DNA of 64,000 nt from contig JBEKWY010000007.1 of assembly GCA_049512575.1 (NCBI GenBank), positions 1,570 through 65,569 on the forward strand, given 5' to 3'. This document shows, piece by piece, positions 10,050 through 19,934 of this stretch. Every line of letters begins with the position of its first letter. Within the stretch, counting starts at the first letter, position 1. A program made the position numbers and the translations under genes. The DNA is from Candidatus Acidiferrum sp. (lineage in GTDB: Bacteria; Acidobacteriota; Terriglobia; Acidiferrales; UBA7541). A model generated the notes under the pieces. It was given only the letters and a program-made list of their open reading frames with translations. It searched no databases and was not told the DNA's origin.

Positions 10050-11129
10050 ATGGAAAAAGGCGCTTCCAAGGCGAAGGTGTCGGCATCCGCGTCGGTGCTG
10101 TTGCGGCGTCGGCTGCGGTTTGTGCGTTCGCGGACGCGGGAGATTTTGAAGATCGGCAAGGCGCTGGTGTCTACCAAGCACCCCTTCCTGGTGCACATTA
10201 TTCCGATGCGGCGTTGCAATCTGGATTGCGGGTATTGCAACGAATACGACCAGGTGTCGAAGCCGGTGCCGCTGGAGGAGATGAAGCGGCGGCTGGACCT
10301 GCTGGCGGACATGGGCACGTCGATGATCACCATCAGCGGTGGCGAGCCCTTGATGCACCCGGAACTGGAAGAAGTGATCCGGCATATGCGCAAGCGCGGT
10401 ATCTATGCCGGGATGATCACCAATGGATTTTTGCTGAGCAAAGAGCGCATCGGGAAGCTGAACGATGCCGGGCTGGAGTTTCTGCAAATCAGCATTGATA
10501 ACGTGACGCCGGACGAGGTGTCGAAGAAGAGCCTGAAGACGCTGGACAGCCGGCTGGAGTGGCTGGCGCAATATGCCGTGTTTCAGGTGAACATTAATTC
10601 GGTGCTGGGCAGTGGGGTGAAGAATCCGGAAGATGCTCTGGAGATCGCGCACCGGGCCGTGGAATTGGGATTTACGAGCACCGTGGGGATCATTCATGAC
10701 GGGAACGGGCAGCTGAAAGGCTTGAATCCTCGGCAGATCGAAATTTTTGAAGAAATCATGTCGCTGGGAAAGAGCTCGTTTTCGCGGTTCAACGATTTTC
10801 AGCACAACGTGGCGCGTGGAAAAGAACACGATTGGCGCTGCCGGTCGGGATCGCGTTACTTGTATGTGTGCGAGGACGGATTGGTGCATTGGTGCTCGCA
10901 GCAGCGGGGGTATCCGGGCATTCCGCTGGCGGACTATACGCCGGAGATGCGCCACCGGGAATATTTAACGGAGAAGTTTTGCGCGCCGAAGTGCACGGTC
11001 TCCTGCGTACAGCAGGTGGGAATACTGGATAATTGGCGCGGCAAGCAGACGCTGAAGCCGTTGCCGATGGCGCCGCCTCCCGTTCCACCGCAGCTTGTCC
11101 AGATTGGGTCAGCCCGCGTCGATTCCTAA
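10050..11129 (+). CDS. Radical SAM protein with C-terminal Cys-rich (SPASM/Twitch-like) extension, function unknown
   Basis: CNLDCGYC motif, SGGEPL, ITNG; C-terminal CRSG..YLYVCEDGLVHWC and CAPKCTVSC. Confidence 0.85.
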   Translation: MEKGASKAKVSASASVLLRRRLRFVRSRTREILKIGKALVSTKHPFLVHIIPMRRCNLDCGYCNEYDQVSKPVPLEEMKRRLDLLADMGTSMITISGGEPLMHPELEEVIRHMRKRGIYAGMITNGFLLSKERIGKLNDAGLEFLQISIDNVTPDEVSKKSLKTLDSRLEWLAQYAVFQVNINSVLGSGVKNPEDALEIAHRAVELGFTSTVGIIHDGNGQLKGLNPRQIEIFEEIMSLGKSSFSRFNDFQHNVARGKEHDWRCRSGSRYLYVCEDGLVHWCSQQRGYPGIPLADYTPEMRHREYLTEKFCAPKCTVSCVQQVGILDNWRGKQTLKPLPMAPPPVPPQLVQIGSARVDS

Positions 11130-11159
11130 GGAACGCTGCGGATTTGCCTATCCAAATTT

Positions 11160-11191
11160 GAAGGAAGGACGGACGCGTCCGTCCTTCCTTC
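11160..11191. repeat. Perfect 32-bp palindrome
   Basis: GAAGGAAGGACGGACG-CGTCCGTCCTTCCTTC, no loop, 30 nt after the radical SAM stop. Confidence 0.9.
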
Positions 11192-11288
11192 GTTAGCTCA
11201 ATAGTCGTTTTCCCCCGTCGGCGTTGGGGCAGTCGAAATCGGGAGTCCGGGCAAGTTTCTACCCACGCACATCCCTGACCCACGGCAA

Positions 11289-11317
11289 TTGACGCTAAGC
11301 CTTTAGTTTTCAACAAT
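11289..11317 (+). promoter_or_regulatory. Putative sigma70 promoter, probably leaderless
   Basis: TTGACG-N17-AACAAT, 6 nt before ATG 11324; no SD. Confidence 0.45.
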
Positions 11318-11323
11318 GAAGAC

Positions 11324-12283
11324 ATGACCGATGCGGCGATCCAAATTGAGAATCTAACCAAGGACTACCCGCACGGTTTCCTGCACCTCAAAACCAAGAG
11401 GTCGCTGGAAGGCTTGACGATGCGCGTGGAGGACGGGGAAGTGTTCGGCTTCCTTGGCCCGAATGGCGCTGGAAAATCCACGACCATCAAATTACTGGTG
11501 GGCTTGATCTTTCCGACCGCTGGGACGGCGACCATTCTGGGCAAGCCAATCAGCGATATCGCGATGCATCAGGACATCGGATACCTGCCGGAGCAGCCCT
11601 ATTTCTACGACTACCTTACTGCCACTGAGCTCCTGGATTACTTCGCGCGAATCCACAACTTGAAGGCGGCGGACCGGCGCGACCGCGTCGCGCGGATGCT
11701 GAAGAAAGTCGGCTTGGAGACGGCGCGAAAAATCCAGTTGCGAAAATATTCGAAGGGCATGCTGCAACGCGTGGGCTTGGCGCAGGCGATTTTGCACGAC
11801 CCCCGCGTGGTGATTTTGGATGAGCCGATGTCGGGGCTCGACCCCCTGGGCCGGCGCGAAGTGCGCGACATTATCCTGGAATTAAAGCGCGAAGGCCGGA
11901 CGGTGCTTTTCTCGACGCATATTTTGTCGGACGCCGAAATGTTGTGCGATCGCGTCGGAGTGATTGCGGGAGGCACGTTGCGCGGCGTCGGCGCGCCAGA
12001 CGAGATTGTGGGGATCAAGGCGCACGGAATGGAGATTCTGTTCGAGTTTGCGGGAGAAAACACGAGCGCGGCGGCGTTGTTGAGCAAAGCGACGAGAACG
12101 GGCAACCGGTACAGGTTGCAAATTGACGAAGGCGAGCTGTACGCGACGCTCGAGCAACTTCGCAGCGCCGGCGCGAGAATTTTGTCGGTGGCGCAGATCA
12201 AAGCATCGCTGGAAGAATATTTCATGCACTTGATCGCGGCGGACCGCGCGCAAGCGGCCGCGGTCGACGTGAGCGGGAAATGA
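11324..12283 (+). CDS. ABC transporter ATP-binding protein
   Basis: Walker A GPNGAGKST, signature YSKGMLQR, Walker B VILDEP, H-loop STH. Confidence 0.95.
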   Translation: MTDAAIQIENLTKDYPHGFLHLKTKRSLEGLTMRVEDGEVFGFLGPNGAGKSTTIKLLVGLIFPTAGTATILGKPISDIAMHQDIGYLPEQPYFYDYLTATELLDYFARIHNLKAADRRDRVARMLKKVGLETARKIQLRKYSKGMLQRVGLAQAILHDPRVVILDEPMSGLDPLGRREVRDIILELKREGRTVLFSTHILSDAEMLCDRVGVIAGGTLRGVGAPDEIVGIKAHGMEILFEFAGENTSAAALLSKATRTGNRYRLQIDEGELYATLEQLRSAGARILSVAQIKASLEEYFMHLIAADRAQAAAVDVSGK

Positions 12284-13056
12284 GCCGCGTCGGTGTAGTG
12301 GCGTGGAATACATTTCGCGAAGCGGTGCGCGATCGCGTGCTGTACAACCTGGTTTTCTTCGCGCTGCTGATGATGTGCGCGGCGATCCTGGTGGGGCAGA
12401 TTTCGATTGGCATCGAGCAGATGGTGATCGTGAGCCTGGGATTGAGCGCGATCTCGGTGATCGGCTTGTTGATGGCGGTGTTTATCGGCGTCGGGCTGGT
12501 GTCCAAAGAGATGGACAAGCGGACGCTTTACGCGCTGCTGGCCAAGCCGGTGCGGCGGTGGGAATTTCTCCTGGGAAAATTCGGTGGACTGCTGCTGACG
12601 CTGTGCATCAACACGGCGGCGATGGCCGCGGGACTGTTCGCGGCGTTGTATTACGTCAAGCACTCGCTGGAGCGCGCGGACGGGATCGCGCTCGTGGCTA
12701 TTTATTTCATTTTGCTCAAACTGGCTTTGGTCGTGGCGTTGGCGCTGCTATTTTCCTGCTACACGACGCCTTTGCTGGCAATTCTGTTTACGGCCGGATT
12801 GTATGTGTCCGGGCTGTTTGTGAAGGAAATGCGCGGGCTGCACAGCGAGACGATGGCGCCGGCCGTGCAAACATTGTTGCGCTGGCTGTCTTACATCTTG
12901 CCCAATTTCGAGGATTTCGACGTCATGGCGTCGGCGGCGCATGCGCGCCACATCCCTGGGATGTTAATCCTGCAGAACACGGCATACGCGGTGCTGTATT
13001 GCACGATTGTTCTGACGGCAGCCGCGGTTATTTTCTCCCGGCGGAATCTGAAATGA
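12280..13056 (+). CDS. ABC-2 type permease
   Basis: About six TM segments; EMDKRTLYALLAKPVRRWEFLLGKF motif; 4-nt overlap with the ATPase. Confidence 0.9.
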   Translation: MSRVGVVAWNTFREAVRDRVLYNLVFFALLMMCAAILVGQISIGIEQMVIVSLGLSAISVIGLLMAVFIGVGLVSKEMDKRTLYALLAKPVRRWEFLLGKFGGLLLTLCINTAAMAAGLFAALYYVKHSLERADGIALVAIYFILLKLALVVALALLFSCYTTPLLAILFTAGLYVSGLFVKEMRGLHSETMAPAVQTLLRWLSYILPNFEDFDVMASAAHARHIPGMLILQNTAYAVLYCTIVLTAAAVIFSRRNLK

Positions 13057-13964
13057 ATCGCCGGAATTGGGGACCGGTGTTGTTATGCGTCGTGCTGGTG
13101 GCGGGATTCGCCGGGGTCTGGCGGCTGCAGCGGAGAATCGACGTACAGCGCGATGCACTGCACCAGGAGAAGGACGACTTGGTGCTGCGATCGGGGCCGA
13201 TGCTGAAAGCCTTGAGCCTGGAATACGCTCCGCTGATGGCCGACCTCTACTGGACGCGAGTCGTGCAGTATTACGGCGACAAGAATGTCCGGCACGATGA
13301 AAATTTTGAGTTGCTGTGGCCGTTGCTGGACGTCACGACCACGCTCGATCCCCATCTGCTCGTGGCGTACCGTTTCGGATCGATGTTCCTGAGCGAAGGG
13401 CCTCCCAGTGGGGCGGGCAGGCCTGATCTCGCTATCGAATTGATTTACCGGGGAATTCACGCGAATCCGGAATACTGGCGCTTCTACGAAGACTTGGGAT
13501 TTATCTACTATTTTGAGCTCAAGGATTATCAGAAAGCGTCGGCGGCTTTTCTGGAAGGAGGCAGAGTCCCGGGGGCTCTGGTTTGGATGAAGGTTTTAGC
13601 GGCGAAGGTGTTGGAGCAGGGCGATAACGCGGACACATCCGCTTTCTTGTGGAACGAGATTTATAGCTCCACCACCGATCCGCAGATGAAGCAAAACGCG
13701 GAGACGCACCTGCAATTATTGAGGGTGGACGCGGACTGCAAGCAATTGGACATGATTGTCGCGGACTATCAAAAACGCACCGGCCACGCCGCAAAGTCCG
13801 TGCATGATCTAGTGGCCGCCGGACTGCTTCCGCGGACGGCCGTCGATCCGCTCGGGTTTCCTTACGTTTTGGATGCGGACGCGAAAGCGCAGCTGAATCC
13901 CGCGAGTCCTCTCGTCACACAGAGACGCATCTACCAAAAGCCGCTGGAGGGCGCCGCTCATTAA
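13053..13964 (+). CDS. Membrane-anchored helical (TPR-like) accessory protein of the ABC module
   Basis: ATGA overlap with permease stop; N-terminal TM; LSLEYAPLMADLYWTRVVQYYG and LDVTTTLDP..AYRFGSMFL. Start reset from 12303 to 13053. Confidence 0.75.
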   Translation: MNRRNWGPVLLCVVLVAGFAGVWRLQRRIDVQRDALHQEKDDLVLRSGPMLKALSLEYAPLMADLYWTRVVQYYGDKNVRHDENFELLWPLLDVTTTLDPHLLVAYRFGSMFLSEGPPSGAGRPDLAIELIYRGIHANPEYWRFYEDLGFIYYFELKDYQKASAAFLEGGRVPGALVWMKVLAAKVLEQGDNADTSAFLWNEIYSSTTDPQMKQNAETHLQLLRVDADCKQLDMIVADYQKRTGHAAKSVHDLVAAGLLPRTAVDPLGFPYVLDADAKAQLNPASPLVTQRRIYQKPLEGAAH

Positions 13965-13983
13965 TGAGTATTGATGTCTATGG

Positions 13984-16422
13984 TTATTGCGTGACGCAGA
14001 GCAGGGTCATCTGCGGGTCGACCAGGATTTTGTGCGGCTCCGTTTGCGTAGTGAAATGAAACGAAGTTTCCGGGCCAGCCGCGACTACGATTCCAAGCAA
14101 TACGGCGTGCGCAGCGTTCGCTCCCGTGTACAAGGGAACCGGAGCGATGAACGAGCGAGGCACATCTTCCTGGTAGAGTTTCCCGCGAACCAGGTAGCCC
14201 TTGTCGGTGTTGTGCACGGAATATTCGACGCGGTAGCGTGGGACACCCGTGCCGCGCACCCACTGCTCGAAGAACCATTCCATCGAGCGCCCGCCTTCCA
14301 GATCCATCGATGGAGTCATCACCGCCTCGACCTCATGCTGCAAGTCGGACGTTGAGAGCGCACGGTACGCGTACTTCGTGGCCAGCGTGTGGAGCAATCC
14401 GTAAAAGCGCGCGTCCGGATTCTTGGCGCCCGGTTGACGAAGCATTTCGCGGAGCATATGAATCACCCAGGCACCCTTGCCGTAGATGACCTCTTCGAAT
14501 CCAGCTGGAGACTTGGACGAGGTCAGGCGATTCCCCAATTCGAGGGCGCCAATCTCCGAGTGCGGTTGTTCCTCGTTGGGGAACTTCTCGACAAGATTCT
14601 GGCGGTAGCGGCCCAGCCACACGTGCAGGGAATGATCGGTGCGCTTCTGGGTGTCGGCGAAGAGAAGCGCAAGATAGTTGGCGATGGCTTCGTTGATCCA
14701 CTGGTCGCGGTAAGCGTCCCAGCCGACGACGTTGCCCCACCACTGATGGGCGACTTCGTGGAAGGGTACGAGCTCGGTGAAATGTTCCTGTCCGGATTCG
14801 GAAAGTCCGGCGCGTTGCTGGGCTTCCGCCGGCAAATAGGAATAGGTAGAGAGATAGAGCAGACCGGGCCAGCCCTGGCCGAATGTGCCAGGGATTTGCG
14901 ATACGCTCAGCTTTTGGAACGGGAAGGGTCCGCTGAAGGTTTCGTAAAAGCGGATCGAATCGTCGATTTGGTGCCCGAGTGCCTTCAGCGCGTCGCTGGG
15001 TTTCGGAGCGGGCGGCGCAACCTGCATCGCGTTCACGCTGCCATGTCTTCCCATGTTTAAGGGCGTGAGCATCTGCGTTTCCAATTGAGGAGCCTCCAAA
15101 CGGCTGTCGAGGGCCTGCTCCAGCTGCCGATTGGCGTACACATCGACGGTGTGCGCTTCGGATGCGAGCGAAGACGAAACATAGTCGCCGAGATTGAAGC
15201 CCGCCACGGCGACGGGCTTCTCGGTCTGCCAGCGACCGACGTGAAATTCCCCATCGTCATGTTCATCGCGCTTGGCGCCCGTGGCCACCAGGCGCAACTT
15301 GCGCGGCCATCGCATGGTGAGATCGTAGCTGGCGAAATCCGCCGGTCCTCCGTAGTGGGGATACCAGCTCTCCCGCGCGCTCACGAACAGCACACCGTTG
15401 CCGGCATTTTCGATTACCGCGCCTCGATAGTGAAAGTGAAGCGTGAATTCCGTGCCTTTCTCGGATGGCGCCGGCAGCACTACATAGAGATAGTCGCTTC
15501 CGCGAGTGCTGCGATCCTGCAAATTCATGCCTTCGTTCTGAAAATAGGTGAGCGATTCGCCCCGCTCGCCGGTGACCGTGTCCACGTTAAGCGCTCGCGC
15601 AAGTTGAAATATCAACACGCGCTCGCCGGAGACTTCCGCGCGCATGCGCAGGTCCGTTTTTGCGTCCAGGGAAGTGTCCGCGAGTATCGATGTGTTGATC
15701 TCGTAGTCGAGAGCGCGAAAGCCGCGGGGATGGAGCTGGGCATCGGGTACGGGATAGGAAGCCCAGACGTCGTAAGAAGCGGCCGCACCCGATTTTCTCG
15801 GCTGGCCCAGGAGCACGGCCTCGGGCCGCTGCAGATCGACCATCACATCGAAAAGCCCCGTCGTTACGCCATCAACCGCCGCGTGAAAATAGGGTTGCGG
15901 GTTAGCGGAGAGGCCTCCGAGCAGGATGCGTAGCGATTGCGATGGATTTACGGCCGCCAGAACGGCGTTCCAGTGCGCCACAAACTCCGAGTCTTGCTGC
16001 GGGGAAATTTTTGCGTCTTGTAGTTGATGAAGAAGTTCAACCGCAGTGTCGTCCGTGAATCGCAGGCACACGCTGGTGAAGTCCTGATCCAGGATGGGGG
16101 TGCCAAGAAAACGAGCCATTTGCTGCTTTTCAACAGGGTCGCGGGGCGCTGCGAGGACGTGCCCGCGCCCGGCGAAGACCGCGCCGGTTATGCGCCCGTC
16201 GAGGGGCGCGAAGAATGTGAGTTTGCCCTGTTCGAAGGAGAGCTTTGCGTCGGCGCGGCGGAGCTCGATGCGGTCGGCGCTGGCGATTTCGTAGGTGGCG
16301 GAAGGGTCGGGGCGGAGGGCGTTCAGCGCTTCGTAGAGGTCGTGAGGAGACTTGTCCCCGGGCGACGCCACGGAAGGTGCCGCTAGACAACAAAGCCCGA
16401 GGAGGGCTACCCCTAACCGCAT
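13984..16422 (-). CDS. Secreted M1-like zinc metallopeptidase (gluzincin)
   Basis: HEVAH-X18-E (WINEA) and distal YGKG Tyr; signal peptide from ATG 16422; GAMEN position reads GQGWP. Confidence 0.85.
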   Translation of the reverse strand: MRLGVALLGLCCLAAPSVASPGDKSPHDLYEALNALRPDPSATYEIASADRIELRRADAKLSFEQGKLTFFAPLDGRITGAVFAGRGHVLAAPRDPVEKQQMARFLGTPILDQDFTSVCLRFTDDTAVELLHQLQDAKISPQQDSEFVAHWNAVLAAVNPSQSLRILLGGLSANPQPYFHAAVDGVTTGLFDVMVDLQRPEAVLLGQPRKSGAAASYDVWASYPVPDAQLHPRGFRALDYEINTSILADTSLDAKTDLRMRAEVSGERVLIFQLARALNVDTVTGERGESLTYFQNEGMNLQDRSTRGSDYLYVVLPAPSEKGTEFTLHFHYRGAVIENAGNGVLFVSARESWYPHYGGPADFASYDLTMRWPRKLRLVATGAKRDEHDDGEFHVGRWQTEKPVAVAGFNLGDYVSSSLASEAHTVDVYANRQLEQALDSRLEAPQLETQMLTPLNMGRHGSVNAMQVAPPAPKPSDALKALGHQIDDSIRFYETFSGPFPFQKLSVSQIPGTFGQGWPGLLYLSTYSYLPAEAQQRAGLSESGQEHFTELVPFHEVAHQWWGNVVGWDAYRDQWINEAIANYLALLFADTQKRTDHSLHVWLGRYRQNLVEKFPNEEQPHSEIGALELGNRLTSSKSPAGFEEVIYGKGAWVIHMLREMLRQPGAKNPDARFYGLLHTLATKYAYRALSTSDLQHEVEAVMTPSMDLEGGRSMEWFFEQWVRGTGVPRYRVEYSVHNTDKGYLVRGKLYQEDVPRSFIAPVPLYTGANAAHAVLLGIVVAAGPETSFHFTTQTEPHKILVDPQMTLLCVTQ

Positions 16423-16500
16423 GCCACAAGTGTAGTCACTTTCGGCATCGAGAAACAAGGCGTGGGGCGGCGAGTGTGCGCAGGCGACTAGAATGGGGAA

Positions 16501-17976
16501 ATGCGGCGTTTTTTTGACTCAGTGCGCCCGCGAGGACGTGCGTCTTTGCGGGCGTTTTGCACGGTGCTGCTGTGCTGGCTCGCGATCGCATTTCCGGCTA
16601 GCGCCTCGGACACGATCGTCTTGAAGAATGGCCGCCGGATTGTGGCGCTCAGCGCGGTGGAAGACGGTGACAAGATCCGCTACGAGACGCCTGCCGGCGA
16701 ATTGAGCCTGCCCAAATCGATGGTGGATCACATCGAGCGGGGTACGGGGGCGCCGGTGGTGGGGGAATCGTCCCGAGCGGAATCCGCGGCAAACATGGGA
16801 ATTACTCCGCCGTCCATGGAGGCCAGTGCGGAAATCGAGAAGGCCGCCGTCCATGACGGCGCGATCGATCGCAACTATCTGGCGCACGTTGAAGGTGAGG
16901 CGCGTTCCGGTGGTCCTGCGGCGAGCGAGAGGGCCGCGCTTGCGTTGCATGCAGCGTCGCAATTCGAATTGGGGCATGGCGACCTGGAGCACGCGCTCGC
17001 GGACGAACGGACAGCATTGACGTTCACGCCGGACAATCCCGTCATGTTGATGAACGTTGCGTTCTTACATTTGAAGCGGAGCGAGTACAAGGCTTCAATC
17101 GAATATCTAGAGCGTGCACGGCGCGTCGCTCCCGATGATCCCGAGGTAGCGAAGCTGGCGGGCTGGGCTTACTACGGAATGAACAAGCCGGATCTGGCGG
17201 TGGCCGAGTGGAAGCGTGCGCTGGCATTGCGGCCGGATCCGGAAGTGCAGAACGCGCTAGCCAAGGCCCAACGCGACAATCAGGAAGAGGAAAATTACAA
17301 AGAAAATGAAAGTAGTCATTTTACGCTGCGCTACAGCGGCGAGGCGGAGCCCGAACTTGCGCGGGAAATCCTGCGAGCGCTGGAGATGCACTTCTCGGCT
17401 ATCGAGTCGGAGCTGAACTTCACGCCGCCGGATTCGATCGGCGTAATTCTCTACACGCAGCAGGCGTTCGCGGATATCACGCGCGCGCCAGGGTGGGTGG
17501 GCGCGTTAAATGATGGCCGCCTTCGCATTCCGGTGCAGGGCTTGACGAGCCTGACCCCGGACCTGTCGCGAGTTCTGAGGCACGAATTGACGCACAGTTT
17601 TGTGGGGCAAAAGACGCATGGCCGCGCGCCGGTGTGGCTGCAAGAGGGAATTGCCCAATGGATGGAAGGGCAACGGAGCAAAGACAATGCCGCAGTGCTG
17701 GTGCAGGTCTATGACGAGAAGCAGGCGATGGCCCTGGGGCAGCTGGAAGGGTCGTGGATGCAGCTGTCGGGCACGATTGCCAGCTACGCGTATGCCTGGG
17801 CGCTTGCGAATGTCGAGTACATCGTGCAGGCCGACGGGATGGGCGATATGGAGAGGATTCTGAACCGCATTGCCGAGGGAAGCTCGACAGAAGGCGCGAT
17901 CCAGGAAGTGCTGCACATCAGCTACGAGGAACTGGCACAGGCCACGGTGGCTTATTTGCGCAAGACTTATATGTGA
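16501..17976 (+). CDS. TPR-containing peptidase MA-like metallopeptidase
   Basis: Signal peptide, central TPR-like helices, HELTH..PVWLQEG zinc motif. Confidence 0.8.
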   Translation: MRRFFDSVRPRGRASLRAFCTVLLCWLAIAFPASASDTIVLKNGRRIVALSAVEDGDKIRYETPAGELSLPKSMVDHIERGTGAPVVGESSRAESAANMGITPPSMEASAEIEKAAVHDGAIDRNYLAHVEGEARSGGPAASERAALALHAASQFELGHGDLEHALADERTALTFTPDNPVMLMNVAFLHLKRSEYKASIEYLERARRVAPDDPEVAKLAGWAYYGMNKPDLAVAEWKRALALRPDPEVQNALAKAQRDNQEEENYKENESSHFTLRYSGEAEPELAREILRALEMHFSAIESELNFTPPDSIGVILYTQQAFADITRAPGWVGALNDGRLRIPVQGLTSLTPDLSRVLRHELTHSFVGQKTHGRAPVWLQEGIAQWMEGQRSKDNAAVLVQVYDEKQAMALGQLEGSWMQLSGTIASYAYAWALANVEYIVQADGMGDMERILNRIAEGSSTEGAIQEVLHISYEELAQATVAYLRKTYM

Positions 17977-18055
17977 GCGGCAGGAGACATACCCTTCCTT
18001 CGTCAGGTTAAACCGACGCGCCCACATTTTTCCTTCCAGCGCCAATATCGGGGAA

Positions 18056-19213
18056 TCACACGGAGTGAATCAGAGCGGCGAGCAGTGCGGCGCGCGCGGG
18101 CATCGTCTTGAGCAATATGTGTTCGTGGGAGGAATGAGCTCCGTCACCCACCGCGCCGAGACCATCGAGCGTGGGAATGCCGCAGGCGGCGGTGAGGTTG
18201 CCGTCGGAGCCTCCGCCGACGGTGCATTCATCCACCGAGAGGTTCATTTGCGCAGCCAGTGATTTGGCGCGGGCGAACAAAGCAGCGCTCATCTTGCGTT
18301 CGAGGGGCGCGCGATTGAAGCCGCCGCGAATTTCTAGACGCGCTCCGGGAAGTGTGGGGCGAAGTGCGTGCAGGTGACGCTCCAGGCGCTGCATGTCGGC
18401 GATCCGCAAAGCGCGCAGGTCGAGGACCGCGCGGGCGCGGTCGGGGATTACATTGGTGCGTGTTCCGCCTTCGATGAGTCCGGCGTTGATAGTGACGCCG
18501 CGGCGCAGATCGTTCCATTCCTGCAGGCGCGTGATTTGGCGCGCAAGTTCGTGGATGGCGTTGATGCCTTCTTGTGGAGCGAGGCCGGCGTGCGAGGCGC
18601 GCCCGTGGACGATAATCTCGGCTTCGCCTACGCCTTTGCGAGCCGTTTTCAGCAATCCTCGAGGACCGAAAGAGGGTTCCAGGACGAAGACGGCGTCACT
18701 GCGGTGCGCTTCCGTTTCGATGATCTTGCGAGAAGATTCGCTGCCGATCTCCTCATCCGAGGTCCATAGAAAGATGACGCGTTTACGCTGTGACGCGGCC
18801 ATGTGCTGCAGAGCATCCAACGCGAAGAGCGCCTGGACGATGCCGGCCTTCATGTCGAAAGTTCCTGGACCGTAGGCTTTGCCGGCCGCGACGCGAAACG
18901 GCATTTTTGCGAGCGTACCCGATGCATATACGGTGTCGTAGTGCCCGAGCACGAGAAGCTGTCCGGCGGGACGCGATTTCTCGGGCCACCAGGTGATCCG
19001 CAAATGATCGCCGCGATGTTTTTGCGCGAGTCGCTCGACGCGTACACCTCGCTGGCGCCATTCCGCCGCGATGATGCGGCGGCAGCGGTCCGCGGCGGCT
19101 TTTTCGAGGCTCGACGATTCGGCGACCACGAAGGCGCGGAGTGTCGCGAGCATCTCAGGCAGGCGCGGCGCCAGCATTTTCAACAGTGTCTTGGCGAAAT
19201 GCGATTCGGGCAT
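18056..19213 (-). CDS. M20 family metallopeptidase (carboxypeptidase G2-like)
   Basis: GHYDTV, GTFDMKAG, SDEEIGS, VLEP, GGGSDGN, GAHSSHE motifs. Confidence 0.9.
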   Translation of the reverse strand: MPESHFAKTLLKMLAPRLPEMLATLRAFVVAESSSLEKAAADRCRRIIAAEWRQRGVRVERLAQKHRGDHLRITWWPEKSRPAGQLLVLGHYDTVYASGTLAKMPFRVAAGKAYGPGTFDMKAGIVQALFALDALQHMAASQRKRVIFLWTSDEEIGSESSRKIIETEAHRSDAVFVLEPSFGPRGLLKTARKGVGEAEIIVHGRASHAGLAPQEGINAIHELARQITRLQEWNDLRRGVTINAGLIEGGTRTNVIPDRARAVLDLRALRIADMQRLERHLHALRPTLPGARLEIRGGFNRAPLERKMSAALFARAKSLAAQMNLSVDECTVGGGSDGNLTAACGIPTLDGLGAVGDGAHSSHEHILLKTMPARAALLAALIHSV

Positions 19214-19439
19214 GGCCGGGACATCCTAGCAGCGCCGACAACCGGCGGCAAACGGGCGCGTTTTGGGGACGCCGGCCCTGCTTCTGACGGTCACCTCCAA
19301 GTTCACCGAAAAGGGGTAATTCGCGCGACAACGCCCCCGGATGAATACCGCGGGCGGCGCGGTTCGCATATAATCATAAGTTTGCCGGACAATGGAGGGC
19401 GCCGCAGTGCGGGTGTGTGCGGTGCAATGGGGAGCGCCG

Positions 19440-19934
19440 ATGATTTTCGACGTGAATGAAATTCAGAAACTACTGCCGCACCGCTATCCGTTTCTGATGA
19501 TTGACGGAATCCTGGAGATGGAGCGGCTGAAGCGCATCGTGGGCGTCAAGAACGTCACCAACAACGAATACTATTTTCAGGGGCATTTCCCCGGCAAGCC
19601 GATCATGCCGGGCGTATTGATCATCGAGGCCATGGCGCAGACCGGCGGGCTGCTGCTGTTGCTGGAGATTCCTGAGCGCGAGAGCAAACTGCTCTACTTC
19701 GTGGCCGTAGATGATGCGCGCTTCCGGCGGCCGGTGGTGCCCGGCGACCAATTGAAGCTGGAGGTCAAGGTGCTTTCCTGGCGCGGGGGTGACTTCGCCA
19801 AGCTGGAGGGGCGCGCAACAGTGGATGGGCAACTGGCCGCGGAGGCCACATTGATGTGCAAGATGGTGGATCGCGAGCCAAAACCAAAGGCCGAAACCAA
19901 GACGGAAGCAAAGGTCGAAGAATCCAAAGCATGA
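19440..19934 (+). CDS. fabZ: 3-hydroxyacyl-ACP dehydratase FabZ
   Basis: LPHRYPFLMID, FQGHFPGKPIMPGVLIIEAMAQ, FRRPVVPGD. Confidence 0.96.
   Translation: MIFDVNEIQKLLPHRYPFLMIDGILEMERLKRIVGVKNVTNNEYYFQGHFPGKPIMPGVLIIEAMAQTGGLLLLLEIPERESKLLYFVAVDDARFRRPVVPGDQLKLEVKVLSWRGGDFAKLEGRATVDGQLAAEATLMCKMVDREPKPKAETKTEAKVEESKA

Noticed and set aside
12303-13052. Long N-terminal extensions in the ORF track (also 21282, 29369, 30418 and those of the permeases, pgm and manC)
   Set aside because: They overlap upstream genes in another frame or lack homologous character; better starts with RBS or stop-start overlap exist downstream.
10050-19213. Radical SAM + ABC + three peptidases as a RiPP gene cluster
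   Set aside because: No precursor peptide or RRE seen, mixed orientations, separate promoters, and the ABC trio looks pilus-accessory-like.
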